A stretch of 63,922 nt of DNA, counting the filler, from Octopus bimaculoides (taxonomy: Eukaryota): NCBI RefSeq assembly GCF_001194135.2. It is 10 parts of 8 records of this genome, joined end to end, with 100 filler letters (N's around TTAATTAATTAA, not from the genome) between each part and the next. Parts side by side here need not be neighbours in the genome. Positions count along the whole stretch, not along the records: positions 48,397 to 55,218 come from NC_069008.1; positions 55,319 to 60,012 come from NC_069008.1; positions 60,113 to 62,330 come from NC_068983.1; positions 62,431 to 63,922 come from NC_068983.1; 6 more parts are not named here. One strand, given 5' to 3'. Made by a program: the position numbers and the translations under genes. Within the stretch, counting starts at the first letter, position 1, and every line of letters begins with the position of its first letter. This document shows positions 51,209-63,922 of the stretch, piece by piece. A model generated the notes under the pieces. It was not told the DNA's origin. It saw only the letters and a program-made list of their open reading frames with translations, and made no database searches.

Positions 51209-51393
51209 TATGAAGGGTTTTTGTGCATTTTGCATTAATGTAGGCATATTGGTAATATATTTATTATTAAATATAATAATATAAATCGTTTACATGTTTT
51301 TAAGTTATGAAACAATTTGCTGTGATATTAGAATTTTGTTTACTGTTAAAAATAATTTCATCGGACTATTTCTCTGTTATTTATCACTTTATA

Positions 51394-51432
<39 letters not shown>

Positions 51433-52166
51433 TAATATGTCATTCTGTCATAGATAAAAAAAAAACATTGTGACTTAAAGTTTCACGTTTAGTTCATAAC
51501 AAATTATTAATAATAACAATAATAAAATAATAATAATGATAATAATAATTATAATAATGATAATTAGGAGATGATGAAAATGTGTTTATGTCTCCTATAT
51601 GTGTATCTCAGTGTGTGAGTGTGTGTGTTTGCCTGTATAGATACAGGTATGGTTCTGTGGTTATGAATTTGGCTTCACAAGCAAATGGTTTCAGGTTCAA
51701 TCCTGCAACACTGTATCATGCGTTAGTGTCTTCATCAGAGGTCTGGGGCAATAAGAGCTTTCAGAGTGAATTTAGTAGACAGAAACTAAACAAAAAAAAA
51801 TAATAAAATAGCCCATAAAACATATATATATAGTAAATAGGTACTTTATTATTGAATATAATAATATAAATCATTTCCATATTCATCAGTTATGAAACAC
51901 TTTGTTATGATATTAGAAATTTGTTATTGTTAAAAATAAATTCATCAGACTATTTCTCTGTTATTTAAAATAGAATTACAGATTCAAAAGGAAATGAACA
52001 TACATTACAGAGAGAAAAGTAGTTTCCATCTACCAAAACCACTCACAAGGCTTTGGTCAGCCCGAGGCTATAGTAGAAGACACTTGCCCAAGGTGCCATG
52101 CAGTGGGACTGAACCCGGAACCATGTGGTTGGTAAGCAAGCTACTTACCACACAGCCACTCCTGCG

Positions 52167-52206
<40 letters not shown>

Positions 52207-53054
52207 CACACAAACAACAGTTTCCGTCTACCAANNNNNNNNNNNNNNNNNNNNNNNNNNNNNNNNNNNNNNNNNNNNNNNNNNNNNNNNNNNNNNNNNN
52301 NNNNNNNNNNNNNNNNNNNNNNNNNNNNNNNNNNNNNNNNNNNNNNNNNNNNNNNNNNNNNNNNNNNNNNNNNNNNNNNNNNNNNNNNNNNNNNNNNNNN
52401 NNNNNNNNNNNNNNNNNNNNNNNNNNNNNNNNNNNNNNNNNNNNNNNNNNNNNNNNNNNNNNNNNNNNNNNNNNNNNNNNNNNNNNNNNNNNNNNNNNNN
52501 NNNNNNNNNNNNNNNNNNNNNNNNNNNNNNNNNNNNNNNNNNNNNNNNNNNNNNNNNNNNNNNNNNNNNNNNNNNNNNNNNNNNNNNNNNNNNNNNNNNN
52601 NNNNNNNNNNNNNNNNNNNNNNNNNNNNNNNNNNNNNNNNNNNNNNNNNNNNNNNNNNNNNNNNNNNNNNNNNNNNNNNNNNNNNNNNNNNNNNNNNNNN
52701 NNNNNNNNNNNNNNNNNNNNNNNNNNNNNNNNNNNNNNNNNNNNNNNNNNNNNNNNNNNNNNNNNNNNNNNNNNNNNNNNNNNNNNNNNNNNNNNNNNNN
52801 NNNNNNNNNNNNNNNNNNNNNNNNNNNNNNNNNNNNNNNNNNNNNNNNNNNNNNNNNNNNNNNNNNNNNNNNNNNNNNNNNNNNNNNNNNNNNNNNNNNN
52901 NNNNNNNNNNNNNNNNNNNNNNNNNNNNNNNNNNNNNNNNNNNNNNNNNNNNNNNNNNNNNNNNNNNNNNNNNNNNNNNNNNNNNNNNNNNNNNNNNNNN
53001 NNNTATATATATATATATATGCATGTATGTATAGATATACACATAAATAAATGT

Positions 53055-53295
53055 GCCCTTTTAAAGCCTAGCCAGGCTCATGGGCCCGGTTTCAATGGCG
53101 TATTTGTTCTCCCCCAGCTGGATGGGACGCCAGTCCATTGCAGCGTTACTCAGTTTTGCCAGCTGAGTGGATTGGAGCTACATGAAATGAAGTGTTTTGC
53201 TCAAGAACACAATGCGTCGCCCAGTCCAGGAATCGAAACCACAATCTTACGATCATGGTGCTGACACCCTAACCACTAGGCCACGTGCCTCCACA
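53055..53295 (-). mobile_element. tRNA-derived SINE
   Basis: Minus-strand head gtggaggcacgtggcctagtggttagg...ggtttcgattcc; 3' tail shared with the 16690 copy. Confidence 0.8.
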
Positions 53296-53709
53296 GATAT
53301 ACACATACAAACACTAAATCTTTCTTTAAGATTCTGTCTACTAAATTCCTTCACAAGTCATTAGTTGACCCAAAGCTATTGTGGAAGACACTTGTCCAAT
53401 GTGCCATGTGGTCGACAAGGGAACTACTTAACCAAACAGCCGTGTTTGAACCTTGTATATATATATATATATATGTGTGTGTATGTATGTGTGTGTTCAT
53501 TTAAATAAAGAAAATGGAAATTGGGAAGTTAATTTTTTATTATTAACAGAAAATTGATTATCATTACTTACAGCTGTTTCGATTAATACGCAGTAAATAC
53601 TGAATTTATATTTATATGACCTGGGCATATCTTCAGAGGGGGAAAAATATACCCTCGGATGTGTTATATTTGCTTATGGATTCATTGACTCGTACATACA
53701 TACATAAAA

Positions 53710-54755
53710 CAGCAGGGTGTGACGTGAAGGAGATTTAGCCGCTATTTCTACCAGCTCTAGCTACCATGTAGGAGTCTCCCTCATTGGCTCATGCAAACTT
53801 ACATATATACATATGACAGGCGGGTGTGATTTGAGGGAGATTTAGCTGCTATTTCTACCAGGTCTTGCTACCACGTAGAGGTCTCCATTTTTGGCTCATA
53901 CATACATATGCACATATGACAATAGGGTTAATTTTGAGGGAGATTTAGCTGCTATTTCTACCAGGTCTTGCTACCACATAGAGGTCTCCTTTTTTGGCTC
54001 ATACTTACATATGCACATATGACAATAGGGTTAATTTTGAGGGAGATTTAGCTGCTATTTCTACCAGTTCTTGCTACCATGTAGCGGTCTCCTTTTTTTG
54101 GCTCATACATACATATGCTCATATGACAATAGGGATAATTTTGAGGGAGATTTAGCTGCTATTTCTACCAGGTCTTGCTACCACGTAGAGGTCTCCTTTT
54201 TTGGTTCATACATACATATACACATATGACAATAGGGTTAATTTTGAGGGAGATTTAGCTGCTATTTCTACCAGTTCTTGCTACCATGTAGAGGTCTCCT
54301 TTTTTGGCTCATACATACATATGCTCATATGACAATAGGGATAATTTTGAGGGAGATTTAGCTGCTATTTCTACCAGGTCTTGCTACCACGTAGAGGTCT
54401 CCTTTTTTGGCTCATACATACATATGCACATATGACAATAGGGTTAATTTTGAGGGAGATTTCGCTGCTATTTCTACCAGTTTTTGCTACCACACAGAGG
54501 TCTCCTTAGGTGTTAATTTTGAGGGAGATTTAGCTGCTATTTCTACCAGTTCTTGCTACCACGTAGAGGTCTTTTTTGGCTCATACACACATATGCACAT
54601 ATGACAATAGGGTTAATTTTGAGGGAGATTTAGCTGCTATTTCTACTAGTTCTTGCTACCACGTAGAGGTCTCCTTTATTGGCTCATACATACATATATA
54701 TATATGAGAGTAAGATGTGATTTGAGGGAGATTTCGCTGCTATTTCTATTAGGTG
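53710..54755. repeat. About 103-bp tandem satellite, 11 units, derived from an interspersed repeat segment
   Basis: GAGGGAGATTT anchors at 53833, 53936, 54039, 54143, 54246, 54349, 54452, 54521, 54621 and 54724, plus a degenerate first unit. The core also occurs singly at about 37650, 41675 and 56810. Confidence 0.92.
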
Positions 54756-55318
54756 TCATGTGTAGATGATTTAGGGGCTCAATGAAAGGGGCCAGAATTT
54801 AAGGTATAATCAAGGAAAGGGTACCATGACTAGCGGTGATGGGGCTGGATTTGATGGGGGGCAGTTTTTAAAATTTATTTTAGTAATTCGGACAGATTGT
54901 GGTGCGTAGGAAGGGCGACACACGTGGTCAATGTGAGACAGGGTTTTGATAGTTGGCGGTGGCGGTGAAGACGACAGTGATGATGATGACGATGACGATG
55001 ATGGTGGTGGTGGCGGGGATGAGGAGGATGATGATGATGATGTAGGTAGATGGTGGTGGTGGTCGTCGTCGTCGTCGTAGTAGCTGAAATAATTATGCTG
55101 CAAATGATCATGTTGATGATGATGATGATGATGATGTTGATGATGATTATGAAAGAGCTGAGTTCTGGCGGTGATGTTTGCAGTTGCGGTCATTATCGGA
55201 TGGGAGTGGGGGTGATGGNNNNNNNNNNNNNNNNNNNNNNNNNNNNNNNNNNNNNNNNNNNNTTAATTAATTAANNNNNNNNNNNNNNNNNNNNNNNNNN
55301 NNNNNNNNNNNNNNNNNN

Positions 55319-55380
<62 letters not shown>

Positions 55381-57221
55381 TATATTATTATATAATTGAA
55401 CGCCACACATCTATCTCCAAGTAAGTCTATCTATCTATCTATCAAAATAAGAATTAAGATATAACCTCAAATTAGGCAACCATACTCGTATATTTATAAA
55501 TTCGACTTAAAATGCGTATACGTATATTAATATATATCGACACATATGAATATTAAAAAAAAATATTTATAGAATATAAATATATTTATAAGTATGCATA
55601 AAAATACATGTAAATAAAACCCATGTGGGATACGTATGGGACGGGTTCGACACACACACACACACACACTGTCTGTCTGCCTGTCTCTCTCATGTGTGTA
55701 CACATGTATACAGAGCACTTGTCATTATATTTTAGTCCACATTCTGTATAGACAGATGTAAATGTCTTGACATAGAATATGATTGTGGACAGGAAATGAG
55801 GAATCAACTGGACTAGTTTCAATGACTGACCACCTTCTTTACCTGTCCACCAAGACATTATTTAAGTAAACTGGATTGACCAAGTTGTTGATCTGTTTCA
55901 GCAAGTTTCATTAAAAGTCGGTTAGAATATGTAAATTATGAAATCTGGTTTACTTAGGCAATGTCTCAGTCGAGAGAGGGAAGTAGTCACTGATGAAATC
56001 CCAAAACAGGACTGAAACTAGTTGAGTTGACTTCTCTTTTTATGTCCACAAATGTATTGTAGAGCTTCAGACAACATGTTATTTCTCTTTACATACAACG
56101 TTGGTTAAAACATATTTATATATACTCTGTAGTTCAGTATAGCATTGAAACAATACATAATGTATTTATATATACATGAATGTCTGTGTATATATATATA
56201 TATATATATACACTGCCACAATGTATAGAGTAAGAAAGCTATTAATTTCAACAGCATTACAGTTCTCTTTGTGTGACACAAAATATAGAACACAACAGCA
56301 TTTATTATAAGAGTGATGATTTGCTATGACCTGTGTAAAGGATGCACAAACTTGATAGATTTTATGAGAGACCTGACTGTTATGGATCAAATCCAGTTAG
56401 AATAGAGTGATTATATCTTCATCTGAAAGGCTCTGTGTTCAATCCCCATTGGGCTCATTGTGTACCAGTCACATACTGCGGTTGATGTCATAAACTAAAC
56501 ATAAGACCATGTGTTTTACACTGTTGATTAAAATTCTGCCAAAGTCGAGTTTGCCTTTCATCCTTCCAGGATTAGTAAAGTAAGTACCAGTGAACTATTG
56601 GGGTTGATGTAATCAACGAGTCCGTCCCCACCAAATTTCGGGCCTTTTGCCTTCAGTAAAAAGGATTATTATTATTATCATTGACAATGATGGCAGAAAT
56701 GGTAGAGCTGGAGGTGACAATCCAGCTGTGGCCATCCTATACGTTTTCAGGCTTTGTCTACCTTAGCTAATGCATTTGTCCATATCTATGATACTAGAGG
56801 TGTGTTATGTGGGAGGTTTGGCTGCTGTTTCTAACAAATTTAGTGGCTGCCTAGAAATGTGTTTCAGAATGTGTTATCCAGAGTCGTAGCAGTATCTCTC
56901 CCTGACCTTATATTGCAGTGGCAACAACAAGTGTTGGACATCTTTTGGCATTGTTGACCTGGGTGACACCATTGCCCTGGACATTATATATATATACACA
57001 TTTATATTTATATATATTTGTGTATTTATTTATATAGACGTGTATTTGTATATCTATATATATCATGTCATGTCCACTGGAAGGGAAGGGGGAACAGTGT
57101 GAACTTGTTGATTCCCCGCCCCCATCCTGTTAAAAATAGACTGGTTTAATCACCATTCTTTAGCTTTTCTGTGTCAGATAATCAGCACGCAGTGTGTGTC
57201 TCTGTGTGTATACACACACAC

Positions 57222-57274
<53 letters not shown>

Positions 57275-57414
57275 GGCTGACANNNNNNNNNNNNNNNNNN
57301 NNNNNNNNNNNNNNNNNNNNNNNNNNNNNNNNNNNNNNNNNNNNNNNNNNNNNNNNNNNNNNNNNNNNNNNNNNNNNNNNNNNNNNNNNNNNNNNNNNNN
57401 NNNNNNNNNNNNNN

Positions 57415-57466
<52 letters not shown>

Positions 57467-57632
57467 GGCTGACACAGAAAAGGTTGAGGACAAAGAATAA
57501 GCAATACTTATTTATGTAAGCAATAGAGGTGTGTGTGTGTCTCCGAGAAATTTTCTCCATGACAAAATACAATGAATGGGTTCCTCACCGGTTCAAATAT
57601 GCTTGAAGCATATTTGAACTGATAACAAGTTT

Positions 57633-57671
<39 letters not shown>

Positions 57672-58374
57672 AATCTGTTGATTCACCGGAAGTGATAAAT
57701 GACAGGAACCAATACAAACGTTGAGTGTTCTTTAATAAACGAAAGGTTCTGATTTCCTGGGCCCAGAGTTACTCGTTTCCGATCATCCATTTGTAAATTA
57801 AGCCTGGTTTTCTTTTGAATATTCTCTGTCAGAATATTTGTTTGAAATATAAAACGAAAGTTGTCTTTCTGTTCTGATGGTGAAACACTTTTGTGAACGA
57901 CACTTTTGTGAAAATGGCGAGTCCAAGATTACTCCTTTGATTTCATTTCTGATTCCCATGGTAACATGATTAGAAACATCGTAAATTCCATACAATTGAA
58001 GTCCTGGAACTGTGTTACTGTTTAAGAAATGCCCCCAAATAATTAATGTTTTTAAAACCAATCATTTTGCATATACACCTGCATATATATCTATGCACTC
58101 ACACACGGACACACACACATGCGCACAAAATTAAATTCCTTTATTCTCTTACTTGTTTCAATCATTTTTGACAGCGGCCATGCTGGAGCACTGCTTAAAA
58201 GAGTTTTTCATTCAAAGAAATCGACTCCCAGGACTTATATTTTGTAAGCCTGGTACTTATTCTATCAGTCTTTTTTGCCAAACTGTTAAGTTACGGGGAC
58301 AAATACACTTTTTGGCCTTAAGTTGTGCTTGAAAAGAGGACCCATCTAGCCAAGCAAAATCTCAGTCATGGCAG

Positions 58375-58580
58375 ATACTGGTGTTACACAAATGGCACCC
58401 GTGCCAGTGGAATGTAAAAGTGCCCATTACACTCTTGGAGTGGTTGGCATTAGGAAGGGCATCCAGCCATAGAAAACCATGCCAAATCAGACTGGAGTCT
58501 GGTGCAGCCTTTCAGCTTGCCAGCCCTGGTCAAATTATCCAACCCATGCCAGCATGGTCAATGTATATTAAATGATGATG
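58375..58580 (+). mobile_element. (GAT)n-tailed repeat copy
   Basis: gagtggttggcattaggaagggcatccagc...aacccatgccagcatgg...aaatgatgatg. Confidence 0.7.
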
Positions 58581-59703
58581 GAGTGGTGTATTTCTAGTGA
58601 AATTTGATATCAGCCAGTTGTTATTGATGATATCTCTCTGGTTGTTATGTTACTTTATATACACCCAGAGACCACACACCAGTTGAGCCCTGGGTCTTAC
58701 TTCTTCCCCTATCATTGCCCCCCCCCCTCCAATTATTAGCAACTGTTTACCAATACCACTTTGTGGATTCCACTGTGTTAAGGCCGCTTGGTGGGACAGT
58801 ATCCTAGAAGATACAGTGATGTGGTGGTATTCATAACTTGACTAGGACAATATGGGATTCAGTCTCTACAAGCCTTAGGCACAGCATCACAGAAAATATA
58901 GTGATGTAGTGGTGTTCATTCCTTCAAGGCTAATCAAATCTTTGCTATTTATGGCACTGGGTTGTCAAGAAGAAACCCTATTGTGTGGTATCCCCTCCAC
59001 TAGACCCAGACCCCTTCATGGGATCATTGGAAATCGTGTGGAAGCCCTTCAGGTGGGTTTTTACCTATTGTTTCATGATGGATGTCATCTGCTGGCGACC
59101 ACCACCTTTGTTGTCTTAAGGGGTGGGGCATTATTCCATTGGCCGAGGTGTGAGCATGCTTCTTATCTCCTCATAAACTTGCTCTTTATATCATAACAAC
59201 CCCTTATTCACCGGGAACCTGCAAACTTTGTTATCTGGCTGAGCTTCCCCGTACATCGTAGTGGAGTGTACTTCACCATGGTACCAATTTACAGCAAGTT
59301 GACCTGCAGCAATTACTATAGTCTTCTACCTGTGAAAAATATTCTTCCTCCAAAACAGAATTCTGTAATTAGAGTATCAATTTCAGATTAATTAAACACT
59401 CTGATTTAATTAAAAATTGCTAATCATGAATGTAGTCTCCACTTTTCACTGACTCCTCCCCCCCACCTCACTTTCTGGAAGGATCTTCCCATCTCTAAAC
59501 TTAAGTTCTATAAAATCATCTTTCACTAATTAACCTTGTTAGTTAATTATAATTTAATTAGAGATTTATATACAGCCTCTCTGTTTAAGGAGGTTTGTAA
59601 TTAAGTGAAATTGTAATTAACATAATTTCGTGATTTGTGTCAATATTGGAATAGATGTGGTCAGAAGGAGAAGGGAAGAGGAAGGTTGTGATGTATATAC
59701 ATT

Positions 59704-59735
<32 letters not shown>

Positions 59736-59815
59736 TACACAACCTATATGAGGACAGTGTTGACAAGTTGTGATATCATTTGTGATGTATATATGCACGC
59801 ACATACATAGTGTAC

Positions 59816-60012
59816 ATCATCATCATCGTTTAATGTCCGCTTTCCATGCTAGCATGGGTTGGACGATTTGACTGAGGACTGGTGAAACCGGATGGCAACA
59901 CCAGGCTCCAGTCTGATTTGGCAGAGTTTCTACAGCTGGATGCCCTTCCTAACGCCAACCACTCAGAGAGTGTAGTGGGTGCTTTTACGTGTCACCCGCA
60001 CGAAAACGGCCA
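59816..60012 (-). mobile_element. (GAT)n-tailed repeat copy
   Basis: High identity to 17503-17745. Confidence 0.8.
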
Positions 60013-60112
60013 NNNNNNNNNNNNNNNNNNNNNNNNNNNNNNNNNNNNNNNNNNNNTTAATTAATTAANNNNNNNNNNNNNNNNNNNNNNNNNNNNNNNN
60101 NNNNNNNNNNNN

Positions 60113-60183
<71 letters not shown>

Positions 60184-60557
60184 AACACACACACATGCTC
60201 CATGAATCTCCTCCCCTGTCCTTCAACCTATTCAGTACCCCTTTCACTGTTTTTACTTCCCTTACTGCATCATCATTTCCGTTAGCTCTCATCATCCTCT
60301 CACTCTCCCCACCCACTTCTCTTTGTCCGTCAACACTTTTACTTTCTCTACCACGTACGCAAACACACACAAACATTTATACATAACATTATACGAGCAT
60401 ACATATATACATATATATTATGATTGATAGATATCTATATACGTATAAACATATATACGTAAAAGCATACGTTCATATCTAGCTATATGCGTGTGTATAT
60501 ATAAATATATAACCAAATATCTATATGTAGATATACGTGTGTATATATATAAGCGTG

Positions 60558-60595
<38 letters not shown>

Positions 60596-60818
60596 CATAC
60601 ACACACACACATAAATATGTAGACATGTATGTATGTATACACGCACACATTGTAAATAGATATATATATATATATATATATACGTAAGTAGACATGCACA
60701 GATCGATAGGTAGCTAGATAGATAGATTAATCAGTACACATACGTAATTATATGTGCATATGTACGAACATATATACATATAATGTGTGTATACTTGTGT
60801 GTGGGAGTATGTATATGC

Positions 60819-60849
<31 letters not shown>

Positions 60850-61039
60850 AGAAAATATATATGCATAAACAAAAAAGTTATATCATTCTATATATATATA
60901 TATATATATAGATAGATAAACAAATATATGTACATAAACAAAAAAGTTGCACATATCTGTGTGTATGTATCTAAACACAGATATAAATAAGTGCGTGCGC
61001 ACACAAACACGCGCGCGCAGTTACACGCATTCACGCACG

Positions 61040-61580
61040 CGAAGAAATGGACCAAGTTTGAAACAAGTTGATACTTTTAGATATTTAAAGACCACCTATG
61101 CCAGATAGAAAAAAGCACCAAATAAATTAAGTCATGGACTGACCAGGTCAAAGCTCCTTATAGCAAGAGACTAAACAAATATTGTCAAATGTTTATCAAT
61201 AAGAATTAGAAAGCAGTTCTAATGTCGTACATATGGCCTGTCTTTGTGTTAAGTATGACCCCGAACATAAACAACCAAGTGCAAAACTCATCAATGCTGC
61301 AGGGGTTTTGTTCCAAACATGAACACTGAAGGTATCCTATGCAAACATTGAGGTCCATAAAAAAGCAAAGATCACTAGAAAGTTTCTCAAAAACGTAAGA
61401 TGCTAGGTTCTGTTTATTGGTTCCTTATACGAAAAGAAAAAAAAAAAGATATGAGTTGGAGACAACTCGAAAACTAAAAGGGAAAACCCCAAAGAAGTCT
61501 CAGAGAGAGAGAGAGAGAGAGAGGAGAATGAGGGGGAGGAGAAGATATTCGATGGCCTTAACAGCTGGCTTCAGAAAAAG
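61040..61580 (+). mobile_element. Decayed RTE-like LINE C-terminal fragment
   Basis: Remnants QVDTFRYL, KAVLMSYIWPV and ELETTRKLKGK...RERE..RRYSMAL correspond to the RTE post-RT region. Many stops. Confidence 0.5.
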
Positions 61581-61800
61581 CAGCCCAACAGTGTACTAAG
61601 TTGTGCGCGAGAGGGAAGGACATGGAACTCCACGATTGCCGACGCCAGTAGGCATCGTGTATAAAGAGGAAGATGAAGTTACCGATATACATAAATACAC
61701 ACACAGACATACAAGCGTGTATATATATATATATATATATAACTATGCACAGGTTACGTGTGTGTCAGTGAATCCCTGTGACTGTTCACATATACATATG

Positions 61801-61841
<41 letters not shown>

Positions 61842-61951
61842 GCATTATATATATTCATCACACACGTACACAACAGACACACACACATATAGACACATAT
61901 ACATACATGTGTAAGGGCACACACACACATACACACATGCATGCATGTATT

Positions 61952-62000
<49 letters not shown>

Positions 62001-62243
62001 CAGCTATGGAAGCGGTAATAAAAATGTGCATTTAAGTGTGCGTTTGTGTGTACACACACACACATACATACATAGAGAACAGGCACAATACACACACAGA
62101 CCGGCAACCAGCAGACACACATACAAAGAATTTATTGATATATTTATACATATGGATCGGTATAAATATATTTACGCATAAATACATACATATAGATGTA
62201 TATACAAATATGTTTATACATATATGCATACACGCACATATAA

Positions 62244-62318
<75 letters not shown>

Positions 62319-63289
62319 AAATATATATATNNNNNNNNNNNNNNNNNNNNNNNNNNNNNNNNNNNNNNNNNNNNTTAATTAATTAANNNNNNNNNNNNNN
62401 NNNNNNNNNNNNNNNNNNNNNNNNNNNNNNTATATATATATATATATATATATGTTTGTGTGTGTGAGTGTGTGTGTGTGTTTTTGTGTTTGTATATGTG
62501 TATATGTGCCTAAATGTATACATGCGCACATACACATATGTTTCGAAGTTAGTCAATGCAAATTGGGAAGAAGTGATATTAGAAGGAAAAGAAAACAACA
62601 GTTTAGACTTTACTTTATATTTAGATATTTCAGGATTAAATTCCCTTTATGAAGAAAAACTGGTGTCAGTGACGGGTCTGTAGCTTTTCCAGATATATGG
62701 GAGAGATGTTGTAACATGTACAGAGTGGTATTGTTATGATAGCCAATCGTTTGTACTGTTGACTTTCTAATTAACATACAGATTCAGTTTCTTAATGAAG
62801 GTAGTCTCCTTAATGCTCAAATCACCGACGTTACGTTCTATTTCCTTCATGGTAACGGTTATGTCTTGGGTGTAGTATATTTGGTTGTTTTTTAACTGTG
62901 TTTGCCCACACATGTTTTTTGATGCAGAGCTGCAGCTTTCGGGTTGTTCTTCCGATGTAAGAACCACTAAATTTACTGTAGACTATTTAATTCACTATCT
63001 AGGCCCCGAAGCACATATTTACATTGCTATTGGATCATTTGCCTTTGTGCATGAATAGTTGCTGTCTGCTGAGTAATTTTCAGACAGGAATTTCTTCAAG
63101 GATGAACCAAACTGCACCATCTGAACGTTGAGTTCCTCTCTTTATATCTCAAAATATAAAAGTCATAAAAAGTAGGCGTTCTCCTGGGAGACATGAGGAC
63201 TTTTATCTCTGTGTTGATATTCTGGCGTTTGGTAAATACAGTAAACAATTGTTGTCTAATAGAACCTTTCGGAATCTCTTAGTATTTGT

Positions 63290-63495
63290 TTCAGATTTTG
63301 GCACAAGGCCAGCAAGGGAGGAGATAAGTAGATTAAATCGTCCCCAGTGTTGGGGGAGGAGGCCAGTCGATTAGATCGACCCCAGTATGCAACTGGTACT
63401 TAATTTATCACCCCACCCCCGAAGGATGAAAGGCAAAGTCGACCTCGGTGGAATTTGAATTCAGAACGTAAAAACAGACGAAATACCGCTAAGCG
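63290..63495 (-). mobile_element. tRNA-derived SINE (8855 family)
   Basis: ggcacaaggccagc...gaaaggcaaagtcgacctcggtggaatttgaattcagaacg. Confidence 0.75.
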
Positions 63496-63861
63496 GCTTT
63501 GGGTCTGACAAGTATTTGGCCACTTTTTATGAAAATTGGAGTAGATGGCAAACATCCACTATAAGACCACTTTCAGTAATGGTACTCTAAAAATTGTTAC
63601 TATGGTACCAGGTGGTTTGATACATCATATTGCAGTTACGTACGTTATTTTGTATGTTCCGGTTTGTGTCCGTGATCTGCTTGGATATATCTTTGGTTCT
63701 GTTAGACACATTTCGGGAAGGAAAATTTTACATGAAAGGTTGACAGCAGCGGCACAAGTAGATATATGTGGTTTTTGTACTCCTGCCAAATCTAGGAAAT
63801 ATTCTTTTGTGCTAGCATAAATCCCTCTGTGTACCAGTTCGTAATATACTATAAAGAGAGA

Positions 63862-63922
<61 letters not shown>

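Noticed and set aside
48996-51284. Poly-V, poly-P, poly-T and R/E/G-rich ORFs resembling mucins or extensins
   Set aside because: Translations of (ACC/ACT)n and CT-rich simple repeats, open in several frames on both strands.
57798-58061. 87-aa ORF containing KGVILDSPF; also ORFs 39341-39571, 62767-62967 and 63545-63820
   Set aside because: No recognisable family and no consistent exon chain; cannot be supported without a homology search.
9925-62386. TTAATTAATTAA occurring nine times (9925, 24160, 26936, 32586, 40407, 48341, 55263, 60057, 62375)
   Set aside because: Always centred in a 100-nt N gap, palindromic, with stops in all six frames: a scaffolding linker, not biology and not a CRISPR-like repeat.

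Overview
Eukaryotic, AT-rich genomic window, dense in repeats and gaps. The SINE, LINE and microsatellite content suggests an octopus (coleoid cephalopod) draft assembly; this is an inference. Nine 100-nt gaps containing the linker TTAATTAATTAA join separate scaffolds, so adjacency across them is unproven. The one confidently recognised gene is a USP40-like deubiquitinase on the minus strand: seven GT-AG exons between 11067 and 20104 give 641 nt of the catalytic domain. The Cys-box and His-box exons are not visible. The rest is intronic or intergenic: tRNA-derived SINEs, RTE-type LINE remnants, a mariner relic, piggyBac-type MITEs, RLE-type non-LTR fragments, Penelope-like termini, minisatellites and microsatellites. 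Most long ORFs in the supplied track are artefacts of N-gaps or simple repeats. The most interesting observations are: (1) five tandem stem-loops with different, self-complementary stems but a shared GAAAGA loop, upstream of a HERO/NeSL-like zinc-finger ORF (39882-39977); (2) a near-perfect 82-bp hairpin made of two opposed minimal hammerhead-ribozyme motifs, 5' of the first visible USP40 exon (20340-20510), with further hammerhead-like relics elsewhere; (3) a 33-bp intronic minisatellite carrying seven perfect CRE palindromes; (4) RLE retroelement 3' ends embedded in (ACAT)n microsatellite.
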